Source of the DNA: Candidatus Woesearchaeota archaeon CG10_big_fil_rev_8_21_14_0_10_37_12
GTDB taxonomy: Archaea > Nanobdellota > Nanobdellia > Woesearchaeales > ARS49
Direction: 5' to 3'
Assembly (NCBI GenBank): GCA_002762795.1
Contig: PCYA01000014.1
Coordinates: forward strand, 5,632 to 69,631
Length of the DNA stretch: 64,000 nt
Part shown: positions 50,285 to 59,537 of the stretch, piece after piece
Position numbering within the stretch: the stretch's first letter is position 1
How the letters are laid out: every line of letters begins with the position of its first letter
Translations under genes and position numbers: made by a program
The notes under the pieces: model-generated
Told to the model about the DNA's origin: nothing
The model's input: only the letters and a program-made list of their open reading frames with translations
The model's database searches: none

Positions 50285-52556
50285 GTGCTGGTTCCTCCCA
50301 GTTCAACCTATATTCTTTTGTATGTGCGTGTATTTTGGCAAATGTAAGTCCCAAATATGCAAGTTGAGCATATTTTTTTCTTTCTTTTTTAAATTTTCTG
50401 AAAACAGGATCGTAATCTGTTGCTATATTGGTTTTTCCGTTTGTTCTTTGAATCGATCTGCGGCTTTTTCTGTACCAATTTTCCAAATCAAGCACTCCTT
50501 GTCTTTCTGAGAATTTACTAAAAAATGGTTTGAGAAGAGCATCCACAATAGTTGAAGCTGTTTCTGCACAATGTTCTATAACTTTTTCAAGTTCTTGGCA
50601 CCCAGTCTCGTATTCTATACTATCCACAACACTGCGCTGGTAGTCTCTGTAAAGTTGCTTCCAAAACCTATCGGCATAAACAATAGTGAGTTTTGCTGCA
50701 CGATACGCGCACATTAAATTAGTTAACACAAGATTTTTCTCTGAGAACAGTTCATTCTCAGAATTGCTGTTTCTTGCAAAATAATCAAATAAAGGAGGGT
50801 TGTTTATGTCCCAACCGGTGTCTTCCCATAAAAATCTTGTTTGAGGCAGCGTAACTAAATGCGCATAATCTTCTGTTAGCGCTCCGTATCTTGCGTCTAT
50901 ATCAACATGAATTGCTGCATCATTAATAGCTTTAACATTTACTTTACCGTCTCGTAAAAATGCCGATTCAATATCTGCAAGTTCAAACACCACGTTTCTT
51001 CTGGCATCATATTTTGGACGTGGAAGGCGTAAACATAAATTTGCTGCTGCTGAATCACGTAAACGAACAATATGTTCTTCTGAAACTTGTGTAAACTCAG
51101 ATAGACAAGACAGCGCAGTAGTGTATGTTGCTCTTTCTGAATCATCAAATAAATCAGGAGTTAAGTTTTCAAACCTATCATGAAGCGATGCAAGTCCTGC
51201 TACATATGAGCTTGCAAGTTCGCCTGGAGAAGGCGGTTGCAAAAAAGGTCGTAAAAGTTTTGACTCTTCAGGTAAGCTTTCATCAATCTTGCTTAGCTGT
51301 TGAAACGTGAGGCAGTCGTAAAGAAATTTTTTTACAAGATCTTTTCGAAGGTGATCAAGAGGTTCATTGGGTGATTTTTCGCAGGTTTCATTGATAACTT
51401 CTAATACTTTTTCAAGAGAAGGTCCTCGGGCATCTTCCATAAGTAAGAAAGATCCAGTATGGTCTTCTCCTGTCAACGGAACAGGTCTCAAAATTTTAGC
51501 AGTTAAAAATATTGGTCTTGTTAAATGAGGCTTTTGTTCTCTCCAAGGGGATCTTTCATTGAGATATTTTGCAAAAGGTTTTATTTGTTTTCTTTTTTCA
51601 TTTTTTAAACTTAATCTAATCAAAGCTCTTGCATCGCGATATCTTTGATTTCCAAGTTCAAAAGGATCATATTTTCCTCTATCTGTTAAAAAACGCGCAA
51701 TGCAATATGGAGTATCAAATCCTCCTACGTCAAGTCGAAAAACACCCCCTTCTCCTATGATTGGAAAACCGATTGCAGTTCCCCTATATCCTTCTGCAAT
51801 TCTCCTAAGAAAAGCTTTGGCAAGAGATTGTGCTTTTCGAGAAGCTCCACTTTTGTGGGATTTTATAACTTCAGATATAAGATGTAAATCAATTGTTGTA
51901 TCTGCAGTTTCTTGATCAGGAATAATTCTACTACGATCTTCATCAAGAGTGGTTTCTCTTTGTTCTCGTTTAAATTCGTTATCAACCATTTTTTCTAACT
52001 GTTTAAAATAAGGATGTTTGTTCGGTCTGTTAAGAACGCGCATTATCAGATGACGTGGTAACGCTATTAATTGCTCATCTACCTTTTTTACTCTGCGCAG
52101 AGCATCAGTTACAGCATTATTAATAGTTGTAACTGCGTGATTTGGATCTTTAATAAGACAATAACCATCAATATTTTTTGGACCAATAAATTTATTGAGC
52201 AGGTCTTCAAGGGCTTCATCGCTCGTATGTTGTGATGTTTGTCCAATTAATTGTATTGCTCGGGGTGAATCTCCAATAAACAAAAGTGGTAATGTTTTTA
52301 CGTTCAACAAATCAGCTGTGCATGCGTCGGCATATGAAAAAACAACAAGACTATAAGGCAAGGTTTGATCACAATTTGCCGTTTCTGCAAAATCAACTTG
52401 CGGACCTCCTGCGCACTGTATGGTATTCAAGTGTCTCTTAATATCTTCATCAGAATTAGGCCTTAAAAGAGCCAGTATCTTTGGTTGTTCTCCAGCACGC
52501 TGTATAAGTATTTCTGCTAAATCCACAATTCCCCCGAGTGAACTAAAAGTACTCAC
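50277..52556 (-). CDS. Large hypothetical protein with a possible phosphotransferase-like C-terminal half
   Basis: 759 aa; 'LLMEDARGPSL', 'RLRDSAAANL', 'IHVDID'. Confidence 0.5.
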   Translation of the reverse strand: MSTFSSLGGIVDLAEILIQRAGEQPKILALLRPNSDEDIKRHLNTIQCAGGPQVDFAETANCDQTLPYSLVVFSYADACTADLLNVKTLPLLFIGDSPRAIQLIGQTSQHTSDEALEDLLNKFIGPKNIDGYCLIKDPNHAVTTINNAVTDALRRVKKVDEQLIALPRHLIMRVLNRPNKHPYFKQLEKMVDNEFKREQRETTLDEDRSRIIPDQETADTTIDLHLISEVIKSHKSGASRKAQSLAKAFLRRIAEGYRGTAIGFPIIGEGGVFRLDVGGFDTPYCIARFLTDRGKYDPFELGNQRYRDARALIRLSLKNEKRKQIKPFAKYLNERSPWREQKPHLTRPIFLTAKILRPVPLTGEDHTGSFLLMEDARGPSLEKVLEVINETCEKSPNEPLDHLRKDLVKKFLYDCLTFQQLSKIDESLPEESKLLRPFLQPPSPGELASSYVAGLASLHDRFENLTPDLFDDSERATYTTALSCLSEFTQVSEEHIVRLRDSAAANLCLRLPRPKYDARRNVVFELADIESAFLRDGKVNVKAINDAAIHVDIDARYGALTEDYAHLVTLPQTRFLWEDTGWDINNPPLFDYFARNSNSENELFSEKNLVLTNLMCAYRAAKLTIVYADRFWKQLYRDYQRSVVDSIEYETGCQELEKVIEHCAETASTIVDALLKPFFSKFSERQGVLDLENWYRKSRRSIQRTNGKTNIATDYDPVFRKFKKERKKYAQLAYLGLTFAKIHAHTKEYRLNWEEPARD

Positions 52557-52619
52557 ATTATATAAGCTTTACAGTGAATAAATCACAAAATTTATAAATA
52601 GTTCGAATATGTTTAAGAA

Positions 52620-52780
52620 TGTCAAGAACCACCCGTCAATAGACGGGTGGCATGAAGCGATAGCTTCATCTTCGCTTGTAATGACCAGTGGTTCTTGAGC
52701 ATGCTCAGAAATATACCAGATCACTATGGTAATAAGGACTCTGTCCATCAGTCAAATAGACTGATGGTATATTTCTGACA
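52620..52780. mobile_element. Palindromic element type A (161 bp), intergenic
   Basis: Identical by eye to 55734-55894. Confidence 0.92.
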
Positions 52781-52919
52781 TATTAAATATTATGAACAGT
52801 GAGAAGACTATAGAAAAGTTTGACTCGATTTTGATGGTTTTTCAAGCTTTTCTAAGAAGTGTTTAAATAACGCAGAAGGTAAAGGTTATTCAAAGCTCTC
52901 TATAAAAAGGATAATTTAA

Positions 52920-53324
52920 ATGACAAAACATCAAGGAAAAAAACATGGATCTAAGGCAGATATAGGACATACTGCTGCATATATTGTTGAAATACGAGTA
53001 GTTGGTGAATTGAGGAGAGCTTATGATATTGTAACTAACAGTTTTGCGGGAAGCTTAACAGCTGCTGAACAGTTTTATTTAGGAACACCCGCATATGGCA
53101 AATCTGATGATGGTAGAGCAGTTTTAGGGTTAGCAGCTGCTGTAAGAGATATTGCAAACAGATGTGGGTTGCAATACGCTTCAGCATCTCAAGGAAAGTG
53201 TCCTTTAAGTGATCTAGTGAGCGATGTTGGTCCTGAATTAGAACGTAGAGAAGAAAGATTGCGAGCCTATTTTGAAAGCACGTTGGCTCCTAAAGCGTAT
53301 GCTGCTAAGAAAAATGTATCTTAA
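52920..53324 (+). CDS. Hypothetical protein
   Basis: 134-aa ATG ORF. Confidence 0.5.
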   Translation: MTKHQGKKHGSKADIGHTAAYIVEIRVVGELRRAYDIVTNSFAGSLTAAEQFYLGTPAYGKSDDGRAVLGLAAAVRDIANRCGLQYASASQGKCPLSDLVSDVGPELERREERLRAYFESTLAPKAYAAKKNVS

Positions 53325-53375
53325 GTAACATTTAAATATCATATTCTATTCTGAAGTTAATTAAAGAGGTGTTTT

Positions 53376-55496
53376 ATGGTTCGTCATGTTCATACTAGTA
53401 TTTTTTTGATTGTTGCCATTGTTGGTGTTGCTGCTATTTTGTTTTCATCTGCGTTGTACCCTTCTCCTGTTTTGTTTGCAGTATCTTATTTGCCTGGTGA
53501 GGATGAGGTTGGTAGTGATACTGTTATTGTTAGTTTGAATGTGAATGATTTTATTAGTAGTGAACTTGAAGCTGTAGGAAGCGGACAATTCTCAGGGTTA
53601 AACAGCGGAACAATACAAACAAGAGATTCGAGAACTGAGTATACTCAATCATTACGTTTTGCACAATCAGGCGTGTTTAGTGGTGGTCAGGTTCTTTTTG
53701 GCCGTGATGAATCAAATAGAGTGAGTGATTTTTTACAGTTTGATGGTTCTGGATATGTTTTTGAGTACCGAGTTGATTTTGGTTCTGGGCTGAGAAGTAA
53801 AGTTGAAGTTGCGGGCCGTTTAGAGGATATGATTGGTGAAGAGTGGACTATGGGTGGTGCGCGATTTGCATTAGTTGATGCGGTTGCTGACACAACAGTA
53901 AATAGAATGCGCTTGAGATTTTTTGGCGGTTTTGGAAGTGTTGATTTTGAAGATAATGATTATACAGATGATTTGTTTCAACAAAGCGGTGTTCGTGTTA
54001 ATGGTCAGACTGTTGATGCTGATGTAAAAATAAGGGCAACAGAGACGTCAAATGATAAATTAACTATTTTTTCTATTCAGTATAGGCTTTCTGCAAATGC
54101 AAAGCAAGGCGGCGATGTGCAGGTTTTGCCATTGCATTGCGTAAGGGAGTTCTTGCAGCATCCTCTTGGAATGTTGTTCCCTGATTTTGATATTTGTTAC
54201 AAAGGCGCATCTGGTACTGCTCAGGCATCTTCTGGTATTTCTGGTAATTTGGTGCATGTGAAAGCGCGTGGTGATGATGAGTATGTAATGCGCGCGCAGA
54301 ATTTGTATGGGCAAACGTATGAAATTCCTCTTGCGCAGCTTCCGGGAATGTACGGTAATAGAGGAAGGAATTTTGTGTTTGTTGAGGCTGCAAATCTTGG
54401 TGCTCCAAATATTAATGTAAATGATTATTTGCTTGTAAACAGTAGGGACTGGCTTGGTGTCTCTCATGTGTTGCGTCTTGATCAAATAACAACTAATCAA
54501 GTGTATTTTGAAGATCTTGGAGGAAATCAAAGACAAGCAGTTTTTGATTCTGCAACTGGTGAAGGCGATTTGATTATGAGTGAAGGCACATATCATTTTA
54601 GAGTAACAGGTAATCAGCTTGCAATAGATCAGAATAATGATAATACTGTGAATGGGGGCGAAGCAGCATTCCATTTACCAGGTGGAACGTACATTGATTT
54701 TGGTCCCGGGTTTACTGTTAGTATTATAACTCCTCAGCGTTTGTTGGAAGAACAAGTAACTGACGAAGTAACCCAATTTGATATTACATTTGGAAGCAAC
54801 ATTGATTTGGATGTTTCGTCTCCGCAAGGAACTGTTTTTGAATTACATGGTTCAGGTAGTGGTGTTCGTGAAGGTATGACTTTGTATGGTATTCATTTCC
54901 GTTGGGATCAAGAATCTGATTCTGATGATTTGAGAATTACTGTTCCTGGTGCTCGTGCGCGTCAAGTGCGTGGTGGTGCAACTGCGCAAGTGTATCTTAC
55001 TTTAGAGCGTGATCGTTGGATGACTCCTGCACAACAACAATCTCCTGCTGCAGTTTGTGGCAATAGATTAAAGGAAAATGGAGAATATTGCGATCCTCCT
55101 GGAAGTTTGTGTGCGCAGAATGAGCAGGGAGGTGTTTGTGCAGATGATTGTAAATCGTGTGCGATTACTCCTCCTGCTGTTTGTGGTAACAGGTTGTTAG
55201 AACGTGGTGAGCAATGTGAGTCACGAGGTGATTGTGCTCAAACAGAAGATTGTCAAAACTGTAATTGTGTTCCTCTACCTAAAGCAGTATGCGGAAATAA
55301 CTTGCTTGATTTAGGAGAACAATGCGAAAAAGATGTTGATTGCTTGGGTGGTTTGGTTTGCAGAGGCTGCATGTGTGTTCCACAACCTAGATTGGACGTA
55401 CAAACACCTACTGCTCCTGTTGCAGCACAACCTGTACAACAGCCAAATGTCATTGCAAAATTCTTTTTGTGGATTGCAGGATTGTTCGGTGCCTGA
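53376..55496 (+). CDS. Surface protein: S-layer-like beta-rich body plus C-terminal Cys-rich repeats
   Basis: N-terminal TM, three 'AVCGN.L.E.GE.C' repeats, amphipathic C-terminal tail. Confidence 0.65.
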   Translation: MVRHVHTSIFLIVAIVGVAAILFSSALYPSPVLFAVSYLPGEDEVGSDTVIVSLNVNDFISSELEAVGSGQFSGLNSGTIQTRDSRTEYTQSLRFAQSGVFSGGQVLFGRDESNRVSDFLQFDGSGYVFEYRVDFGSGLRSKVEVAGRLEDMIGEEWTMGGARFALVDAVADTTVNRMRLRFFGGFGSVDFEDNDYTDDLFQQSGVRVNGQTVDADVKIRATETSNDKLTIFSIQYRLSANAKQGGDVQVLPLHCVREFLQHPLGMLFPDFDICYKGASGTAQASSGISGNLVHVKARGDDEYVMRAQNLYGQTYEIPLAQLPGMYGNRGRNFVFVEAANLGAPNINVNDYLLVNSRDWLGVSHVLRLDQITTNQVYFEDLGGNQRQAVFDSATGEGDLIMSEGTYHFRVTGNQLAIDQNNDNTVNGGEAAFHLPGGTYIDFGPGFTVSIITPQRLLEEQVTDEVTQFDITFGSNIDLDVSSPQGTVFELHGSGSGVREGMTLYGIHFRWDQESDSDDLRITVPGARARQVRGGATAQVYLTLERDRWMTPAQQQSPAAVCGNRLKENGEYCDPPGSLCAQNEQGGVCADDCKSCAITPPAVCGNRLLERGEQCESRGDCAQTEDCQNCNCVPLPKAVCGNNLLDLGEQCEKDVDCLGGLVCRGCMCVPQPRLDVQTPTAPVAAQPVQQPNVIAKFFLWIAGLFGA

Positions 55497-55584
55497 TTTT
55501 ATTCTTTTTTGGGTAAGCCATCAATTTCACAGAATAATGGACTTTTTCAATTAATTATTTAAGCAATTATAATTTACACCGGTT

Positions 55585-56465
55585 ATGCCTAAAATTGCTG
55601 TTGCCCAGATTAAAATTTTTGATGAATTGAGCAAAAATGTAAATAAGGTTATTGAGTTTATAGATAGGGCTTCCATTAAGAAAGCAGATTTGGTTTGTTT
55701 TCCTGAATCTTGTTTAGGTAACGACTTTTTGAATGTCAAGAACCACCCGTCAATAGACGGGTGGCATGAAGCGATAGCTTCATCTTCGCTTGTAATGACC
55801 AGTGGTTCTTGAGCATGCTCAGAAATATACCAGATCACTATGGTAATAAGGACTCTGTCCATCAGTCAAATAGACTGATGGTATATTTCTGACATATTAA
55901 TGGTGCTGAGATAAGAAGTATTAGGGAGAAATGTAAAGAGAGTTCTATTTACTGTATTTTTGGTGCTCATGCGAAAGATAAGGGAAAATTTTTCAATTGT
56001 GCTTTTTTAATTGATAGGAAAGGGAGGATTCAACATATTTATAAGAAAGTGAATTTATTTTCTGGTCTTGAGTTGGAGCAGACTTGTAATGGAGAATGGA
56101 ATGGGGTAATAAAAACAGATTTTGGAGATATTGGGATAATTATTTGTTGGGATTTTGCGTTTCCAGAACATATTAAGAAACTTTCGAAAAATGGTGCACA
56201 GATTATTTTCTGTCCTTCTTATTTGTTAAAAAGTGCAAGAATAAGTAAAGATGTTTTTAGAAGTTATCCTCTTACCAGAGCTTTTGAGAATTTGTCATAT
56301 TTTGTAACTTGTGATGCTTTTGGTAGCGATGTGATTTCTGAAAGTTATATTTGTAGTCCATTAAAGGTTTTGAATAAGATCTTACATCGAGAGGGTATTA
56401 TTTTTGCGGATTTGGATTTGAAGAAAATTATTCAGTTAAGAAAAAAATACAATTGTTTGAGCTAG
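55585..56465 (+). pseudogene. Carbon-nitrogen hydrolase (nitrilase family) interrupted by a 161-bp element
   Basis: Removing 55734-55894 gives ...FPESCLGNDFLN-INGAE...YKKVNLF...IICWD, 239 aa with an intact E-K-C triad. Confidence 0.92.
55734..55894. mobile_element. Palindromic element type A (161 bp), inside the nitrilase gene
   Basis: TGTCAAGAACCAC...GTGGTTCTTGA GCATGC TCAGAAATATACCA...TGGTATATTTCTGACA. Confidence 0.92.
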
Positions 56466-56490
56466 GCTTGTAGTTCTATTCATTTCAAGT

Positions 56491-57807
56491 TTAAACAATA
56501 TTCCCATACCCTATTAATCTCCATCTCTGTCCTACATTTCTGCCAATGGTTACTTGTGATCCTTTTTCTGCGCAGACTGGTCTTTTGAGAGAACAAGTTA
56601 TAATATTTTTGCTAAGGTCTTTTACTATTCCTACTGTGGCTGCTGCGTTAACGTTTAACATGAGCATTTCTGATTGTTTGATTGGTTCGACTACAAGTTT
56701 GTCTTTTGCTCCTACTACTCTTTCAAGGAGTTTTGTTTGTAATTTTAATTCTTGCCAGACTGGCGGTGAATTTCCTGGTGTTGTTACTGTGCTTCCTACT
56801 AGTTTGTCGCTTTTGACAACGCTTGGGTCTAATTGTGTGAGTAATGCGAATGTTCCTCCAGGGGTTGCTTCTTGTACTTCTGTGTTTCCTGCCATGATTT
56901 TGGTTATTTTTGTTTTGAATGGTTTCCATACTTGTTGATTTCTTTCTTGAACAGAATATCCTGGCAGGATTTCTATTTCTTGTCCTGTTGTGAGCTTGCC
57001 TTGTTTGAGTGATCCGCCGATCACTCCTCCGATTATTTTTTGTGGTGTTGTGCCTGGTTTGTTGACGTCGAAGCTTCTTGCTATGTACATGATTGGTTTT
57101 GCTGCCAGATTTCTTTCTGGTGTTGGAACAAGTTCTTCTATTGTTTTGATAAGCATGTCTAAATTAACTCCGTGTTTTGCGCTCATTGGGAGTATTGGTG
57201 CTTCTGTGTATGGTGTGTTTTTGAGAAAGTTTTTGATTTGTTGGTAGTTTTTCTGTGCTTCTGTTTCATCCACAAGATCGATTTTGTTTTGTATAATTAT
57301 TAGTTTTGTTATGCCTATGATTTCCAGTGCTTGAAGGTGTTCTCTTGTTTGTGGTTGAGGGCAGGTTTCGTTTGCAGATATCATTAATATTGCTCCATCC
57401 ATGATGTTTGCGCCGCAGAGCATTGTTGCCATTAAGCTTTCGTGTCCTGGTGCGTCTACAAGCGATATTTTTCTGAGGAGTGTTGTTTCTTTGCCGCAAA
57501 TCTCACAAATAGGTTTTACTGTGTATGTATTCTCTTCGCAAGAGCATTTGTAGAATGAGACATCTGCGTATCCTAATCTGATAGTAATTCCACGCTTGAT
57601 TTCTTCAGAATGCGTATCTGCCCATTTGCCAGATAGTGTTTGTACGAGTGTTGTTTTTCCGTGGTCTACGTGTCCAATAATTCCTATGTTTATTTCTGGT
57701 TGTGCTGGTTGTTTTAGAGTTGTTTCTGCTACTGCTTTTTTGGTGGTTTTTCTCTTTGATGGTGTTTTTGCTTCTGTTTTTGTAGATGTTTTCTTCTTTG
57801 CAGCCAT
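56491..57807 (-). CDS. eif2g: Translation initiation factor aIF-2 gamma
   Basis: 'QPEINIGIIGHVDHGKTT', 'GITIRLGY', 'DAPGHE', 'NKID', 'WRLIGYG'. Confidence 0.97.
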   Translation of the reverse strand: MAAKKKTSTKTEAKTPSKRKTTKKAVAETTLKQPAQPEINIGIIGHVDHGKTTLVQTLSGKWADTHSEEIKRGITIRLGYADVSFYKCSCEENTYTVKPICEICGKETTLLRKISLVDAPGHESLMATMLCGANIMDGAILMISANETCPQPQTREHLQALEIIGITKLIIIQNKIDLVDETEAQKNYQQIKNFLKNTPYTEAPILPMSAKHGVNLDMLIKTIEELVPTPERNLAAKPIMYIARSFDVNKPGTTPQKIIGGVIGGSLKQGKLTTGQEIEILPGYSVQERNQQVWKPFKTKITKIMAGNTEVQEATPGGTFALLTQLDPSVVKSDKLVGSTVTTPGNSPPVWQELKLQTKLLERVVGAKDKLVVEPIKQSEMLMLNVNAAATVGIVKDLSKNIITCSLKRPVCAEKGSQVTIGRNVGQRWRLIGYGNIV

Positions 57808-57860
57808 AATAAATAAAGAAAAAGTACCATTTATAAAACTTTGGGGATAAAATAGCTTTA

Positions 57861-59168
57861 TCAGTGAATATATTGCGTTATTTCTTTTATTGCATTTTTA
57901 AGGGTTTTTTGGTCTTTTGCCTCAACAACTAATCGTACTAATGGTTGCGTGTTGCTGATTCTAAAATTGAACCAAAATTTACCTGTATTAACAGATACTC
58001 CATCCACTGATTTGATAATAAATTTAGCATATCTTTTCTTTAATTTTTTTCTGACTGTTTCTCTGTCTTTAACTTTAAAATTAAGTTCTTCTGATGTTTG
58101 GTATTTGTCAAAGGGCTTGATAAGTTCGCTGATTGTTTTGTCTGTTTGAGAAAGAAGTGTAAGTATCGTGAGTGCTGCTAAGTCTCCTGAGTCTCCGTAT
58201 TTGAATTTTTTGAAGTAGAAGTGTCCTGAGAGTTCTGCGCCAAGAACTGCATCGTGCTTAATCATTTCTCGTTGTACTTCTGTGTGACCTATTGGTACAG
58301 CGATTGCTTTGCCTTCCCATTTTGGAATGAATTCTTCTGCAACTCTTCCTGAGTTAACTGTGTACAATATCTTTTGTCCTTTTTTTATGATGTGTTGTGC
58401 GAATAGAAGAAGTGTTTTTACAGAGGGTATTCTTTTTCCGTTTTCATCTATGAAAAATGCTCTGTCACAATCACCATCGTAGCAAATGCCAAGATCATAT
58501 TTGCCTTGTTTAATTTGTTTTTGTAGTTCTTTGGTGTTTTTTGGTTCTGCAGGGTTTGGGGTGTGGTTTGGAAATGTTCCGTCAAGTTTTCCGTAAAGCA
58601 AATTGTATTTAATTGGTAACCCTGCAAGCAATTTTGGAACAACATATCCTGCCATGCCGTTTCCGCAATCAATAAGAACGCAAAGTTTTTTGTATTTCCC
58701 GCTTATAGTTTTTTTGGTAAAGTCAATATATTCTGAAAGAATATTTTTTGACGTTGCTCTTCCTAGTTTTTTGGGCTCTGGAAAATGGCAACTGTTAACA
58801 AGTTTTTCTATTTTGTTTAGTCCGTTTTTATAACCTATTTCAATAAATCCTTTCCCAACAATTTTGATGCCGTTGTATTTTGCAGGATTGTGCGATGCAG
58901 TAATCATAATTGCGTGATGTTTAAAAGAAGCATAATACAACATAGGAGTATTACATAATCCAATGTTAATTACATTGCATCCTTGGTCTGTTATTCCATA
59001 AATAAGTGCTTTTTGTAATGCGAGCGAGCTTGTTCTGCAGTCTCTGCCAACAACAATGGTTTTGGCTTTGAAGAATTGTACAATTGCTCTGCCAACATTG
59101 TATGCAAGTTTTTCATTAACTTCTTCAGGATATATTCCTCTGATATCAAATGATCTGAATGCAGACAT
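57861..59168 (-). CDS. Phosphomannomutase/phosphoglucomutase
   Basis: 'FDIRG', 'TASHNP', 'DGDCDR', 'ELSGH'. Confidence 0.93.
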   Translation of the reverse strand: MSAFRSFDIRGIYPEEVNEKLAYNVGRAIVQFFKAKTIVVGRDCRTSSLALQKALIYGITDQGCNVINIGLCNTPMLYYASFKHHAIMITASHNPAKYNGIKIVGKGFIEIGYKNGLNKIEKLVNSCHFPEPKKLGRATSKNILSEYIDFTKKTISGKYKKLCVLIDCGNGMAGYVVPKLLAGLPIKYNLLYGKLDGTFPNHTPNPAEPKNTKELQKQIKQGKYDLGICYDGDCDRAFFIDENGKRIPSVKTLLLFAQHIIKKGQKILYTVNSGRVAEEFIPKWEGKAIAVPIGHTEVQREMIKHDAVLGAELSGHFYFKKFKYGDSGDLAALTILTLLSQTDKTISELIKPFDKYQTSEELNFKVKDRETVRKKLKKRYAKFIIKSVDGVSVNTGKFWFNFRISNTQPLVRLVVEAKDQKTLKNAIKEITQYIH

Positions 59169-59243
59169 GACTCACCTCTTAAATGAGATATATTGAAGAT
59201 TGTATAAAAACGTTTGCTCTGATGACAGAAAGCATTTTTGACT

Positions 59244-59523
59244 TGTCGGAATGCCACTCACTCCAGTAAACCACTCGTGTTTATCACGAGTGGCATTCTG
59301 AGCATGATCAAGCCAAGAAAATGCAAAGCATTTTTTGGGAACCACTGGTCATATTTTTCTTATGATTTTCTGAATCAGTCATGTCACTGGTGTTGAGCAC
59401 CGCAGTGCTGTCAGAAATCAACAATAGTAATTATATTTTGTGTCGATTTCTGAGCACCCAGAAAACACGCACAATAATAATTGTTTTTGCGTGTTTCCTA
59501 TGGATCACCAGTGGTTCTTGACA
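59244..59523. mobile_element. Palindromic element type C in reverse orientation (280 bp), with nested inserts at 59313-59339 and 59409-59502
   Basis: Reverse-complement scaffold of 16861-17073. Confidence 0.88.
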
Positions 59524-59537
59524 TGCTAAAGACAGAG

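Noticed and set aside
55734-55894. Canonical bulge-helix-bulge mRNA intron
   Set aside because: I could not build a BHB at the junctions, and an identical copy is intergenic. RNA-level removal remains untested rather than supported.
55733-55895. AT target-site duplication (classical MITE)
   Set aside because: It fits this copy, but not those at 9576, 16861 or 59409, where the flanks differ.
9576-59523. The repeats as a CRISPR array or integron attC sites
   Set aside because: They are dispersed rather than regularly spaced, there are no cas or integrase genes, and they lack RYYYAAC/GTTRRRY cores.
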